NCBI GenBank assembly: GCA_026391255.1 | Contig: JAPLDU010000085.1 | Location: 11,376 to 75,375, forward strand | Direction of reading: 5' to 3' | Source of the DNA: Bacteroidia bacterium | GTDB lineage: Bacteria > Bacteroidota > Bacteroidia > Bacteroidales > JAPLDU01 | Length of the DNA: 64,000 nt | Part shown: in pieces, positions 62,115 to 64,000 of the stretch | Numbering within the stretch: position 1 is the stretch's first letter | How the letters are laid out: each line of letters starts with the position of its first letter | Program-made: the position numbers and the translations under genes | The notes under the pieces: model-generated | Database searches by the model: none | Told to the model about the DNA's origin: nothing | What the model saw: only the letters and a program-made list of their open reading frames with translations

Positions 62115-63695
62115 TTACACTTTATAAGTTGACGCCAGTTCAACTGCCAGTTTCTGGAGAGTATCAATAACCTGGTCAGTCAGCTGGCCCTGCCGTAATA
62201 ATTCGAGAATGTCAGCATGCCGGATTTCGAGATATTCGAGGAATTTGCCTTCAAACTCCCTGATCCTGCCAACAGGCACATTCATAAGCAAACCCCTGGT
62301 ACCACAGAAAATAATAGCGATCTGCTTTTCTACAGAAAGCGGGGAATACTGATTTTGTTTAAGAATTTCCACATTTCTGGCTCCTTTACTCAATACTGCT
62401 TTTGTAGCAGCATCGAGATCAGAACCGAATTTTGCAAATGCTTCCAGTTCGCGGTATTGAGCCTGGTCAAGTTTCAGAGTGCCCGCTACTTTTTTCATTG
62501 CTTTCTGCTGGGCATTTCCACCCACACGCGAGACTGAGATACCTACGTTGATAGCAGGGCGCACACCGGAATTGAAGAGGTTTGACTCAAGAAAAATCTG
62601 TCCATCAGTGATAGAGATCACATTGGTCGGGATATATGCCGAAACGTCACCTGCCTGGGTTTCGATGATAGGAAGTGCGGTCAGCGAGCCTCCTCCTTTT
62701 ACCATTCCTTTGATTGAAGGAGGAATATCATTCATCTGGCGGGCAATCTCATCAGAGTTAATGATCTTGGCGGCTCTTTCAAGTAACCTTGAATGCAGGT
62801 AAAAGATATCGCCAGGGTAGGCTTCGCGTCCGGGCGGACGACGAAGGAGAAGTGATACTTCGCGGTAGGAGACAGCCTGTTTCGAAAGGTCGTCATAGAT
62901 GCAGAGCGCCGGGCGTCCTGTATCTCGGAAAAATTCTCCGATGGCAGCACCGGCATATGGGGCATAGAACTGCAATGCTGCAGGATCTGATGCGGTGGCG
63001 CACACAACAACTGTATAGTCCAAAGCGCCATATTTTTCAAGAGTCTTGGCTATTCCGGCCACTGTTGAGCCTTTCTGTCCGATAGCCACATATACGCAAT
63101 AAACCGGGTTACCTTTTTCAAAATTTCCCCGCTGATTTATGATTGTATCGAGGGCAATAGCCGTTTTACCGGTCTGGCGGTCACCAATGAGAAGCTCGCG
63201 CTGACCCCTGCCGATCGGTATCATGGCATCAATAGCCTTGATGCCGGTCTGTATGGGTTCGTTCACAGGCTGCCGGTAAATAACACCAGGTGCTTTCCGT
63301 TCAAAGGGCATCTCGTACAACTGTCCTGTTATTGGTCCTTTCCCGTCAATCGGATCACCGGTAGTATTGATAACACGTCCAAGAAGACCTTCACCAACAT
63401 TAATATGTGCAATATGGCTTGTGCGCCTGACGATATCGCCTTCCCTGATATCATCTGATGATCCCATCATCACAACTCCTACATTATCCTCTTCAAGGTT
63501 GAGAACAATTCCTTTCACCCCGTTTGAAAATTCAACCAGTTCATTCGACTGGACCTTTGATAAACCATAAACACGGGCAATTCCGTCACCTACCTGAAGT
63601 ACAGTGCCGATTTCTTCAAATTCGGTACTGGTAGTAAGTCCTTCAATCTGCTGTTTTAAAATCTGAGATACTTCTGCAGGTTTAATGTCGTTCAT
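62115..63695 (-). CDS. atpA: ATP synthase F1 alpha subunit
   Basis: [28 protein letters not shown]. Confidence 0.99.
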   Translation of the reverse strand: MNDIKPAEVSQILKQQIEGLTTSTEFEEIGTVLQVGDGIARVYGLSKVQSNELVEFSNGVKGIVLNLEEDNVGVVMMGSSDDIREGDIVRRTSHIAHINVGEGLLGRVINTTGDPIDGKGPITGQLYEMPFERKAPGVIYRQPVNEPIQTGIKAIDAMIPIGRGQRELLIGDRQTGKTAIALDTIINQRGNFEKGNPVYCVYVAIGQKGSTVAGIAKTLEKYGALDYTVVVCATASDPAALQFYAPYAGAAIGEFFRDTGRPALCIYDDLSKQAVSYREVSLLLRRPPGREAYPGDIFYLHSRLLERAAKIINSDEIARQMNDIPPSIKGMVKGGGSLTALPIIETQAGDVSAYIPTNVISITDGQIFLESNLFNSGVRPAINVGISVSRVGGNAQQKAMKKVAGTLKLDQAQYRELEAFAKFGSDLDAATKAVLSKGARNVEILKQNQYSPLSVEKQIAIIFCGTRGLLMNVPVGRIREFEGKFLEYLEIRHADILELLRQGQLTDQVIDTLQKLAVELASTYKV

Positions 63696-63697
63696 AT

Positions 63698-64000
63698 TCA
63701 ATATATTATTTCTTTAGGATCTAATGTTTTAGAATCAAGTTTTTTAAGGTTTTCATTCAAAGTAACAATGATAAGATCATATTTTCTGGCGCATTCAAGA
63801 AGGTAAGCATCCTCGTATTCAAGATTGTGGCCTTCCATTCCGGTGATTACCTGGTTAATTTCTTCAGGATTGAGAGAAACAACTGTGATTTTTCCATTAT
63901 TGAACAGATCATTCAGCAGGGTAATGAGCTCGTTTTTCTTATCAAAACGCAACATCAGAAAAACAAGGGAGTGCAGGGATATATCACTGATAAACAATTC
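63698..64000 (-). CDS. PIN-domain (VapC-like) protein, 5' truncated by window end
   Basis: [22 protein letters not shown] resemble the PIN C-terminal half; stop 2 nt before atpA ATG. Confidence 0.75.
   Translation of the reverse strand, partial: ELFISDISLHSLVFLMLRFDKKNELITLLNDLFNNGKITVVSLNPEEINQVITGMEGHNLEYEDAYLLECARKYDLIIVTLNENLKKLDSKTLDPKEIIY

Noticed and set aside
47937-63695. Antisense and alternative-frame ORFs within polA, rnr, cls, atpG, atpA (and similar ones across the window)
   Set aside because: Shadow ORFs of well-supported genes, with no independent motifs.

Overview
This is chromosomal DNA of a Bacteroidota (probably Bacteroidales-like) bacterium, judged from T9SS C-terminal domains, TAnnTTTG promoter boxes, a PorE-like OmpA protein and a SAM-II-like leader on metK. 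Most of the window is housekeeping or envelope genes (pdxJ, pth, rplY, prs, sod, lgt, metK, pgi, efp, queD, polA, rnr, cls, atpG, atpA). The standout is an integrase-less, integron-like cassette array at about 20785-25056 on the minus strand. It has four cassettes: a T9SS beta-propeller protein, hicBA, a PIN toxin plus small partner, and an ICMT/PEMT-like methyltransferase. Each is followed by a 130-184 bp AAC...GTT imperfect hairpin, and the array opens at a lone GTTAGGC attI-like core. The bases outside the cores match between the two ends of each cassette, as expected for G/TT cassette recombination. The second theme is a dense, nested set of non-autonomous repeats in many intergenic gaps: IS-like terminal-repeat shells with exchangeable palindromic cargo, micro-hairpin insertions and 7-9-mer tandem arrays. 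No transposase or integrase is present in the window. Also noted: a 70-aa-repeat protein gene split by a probable deletion-created amber codon, and a PIN gene where atpH would be expected. All calls are by eye; no database searches were run.
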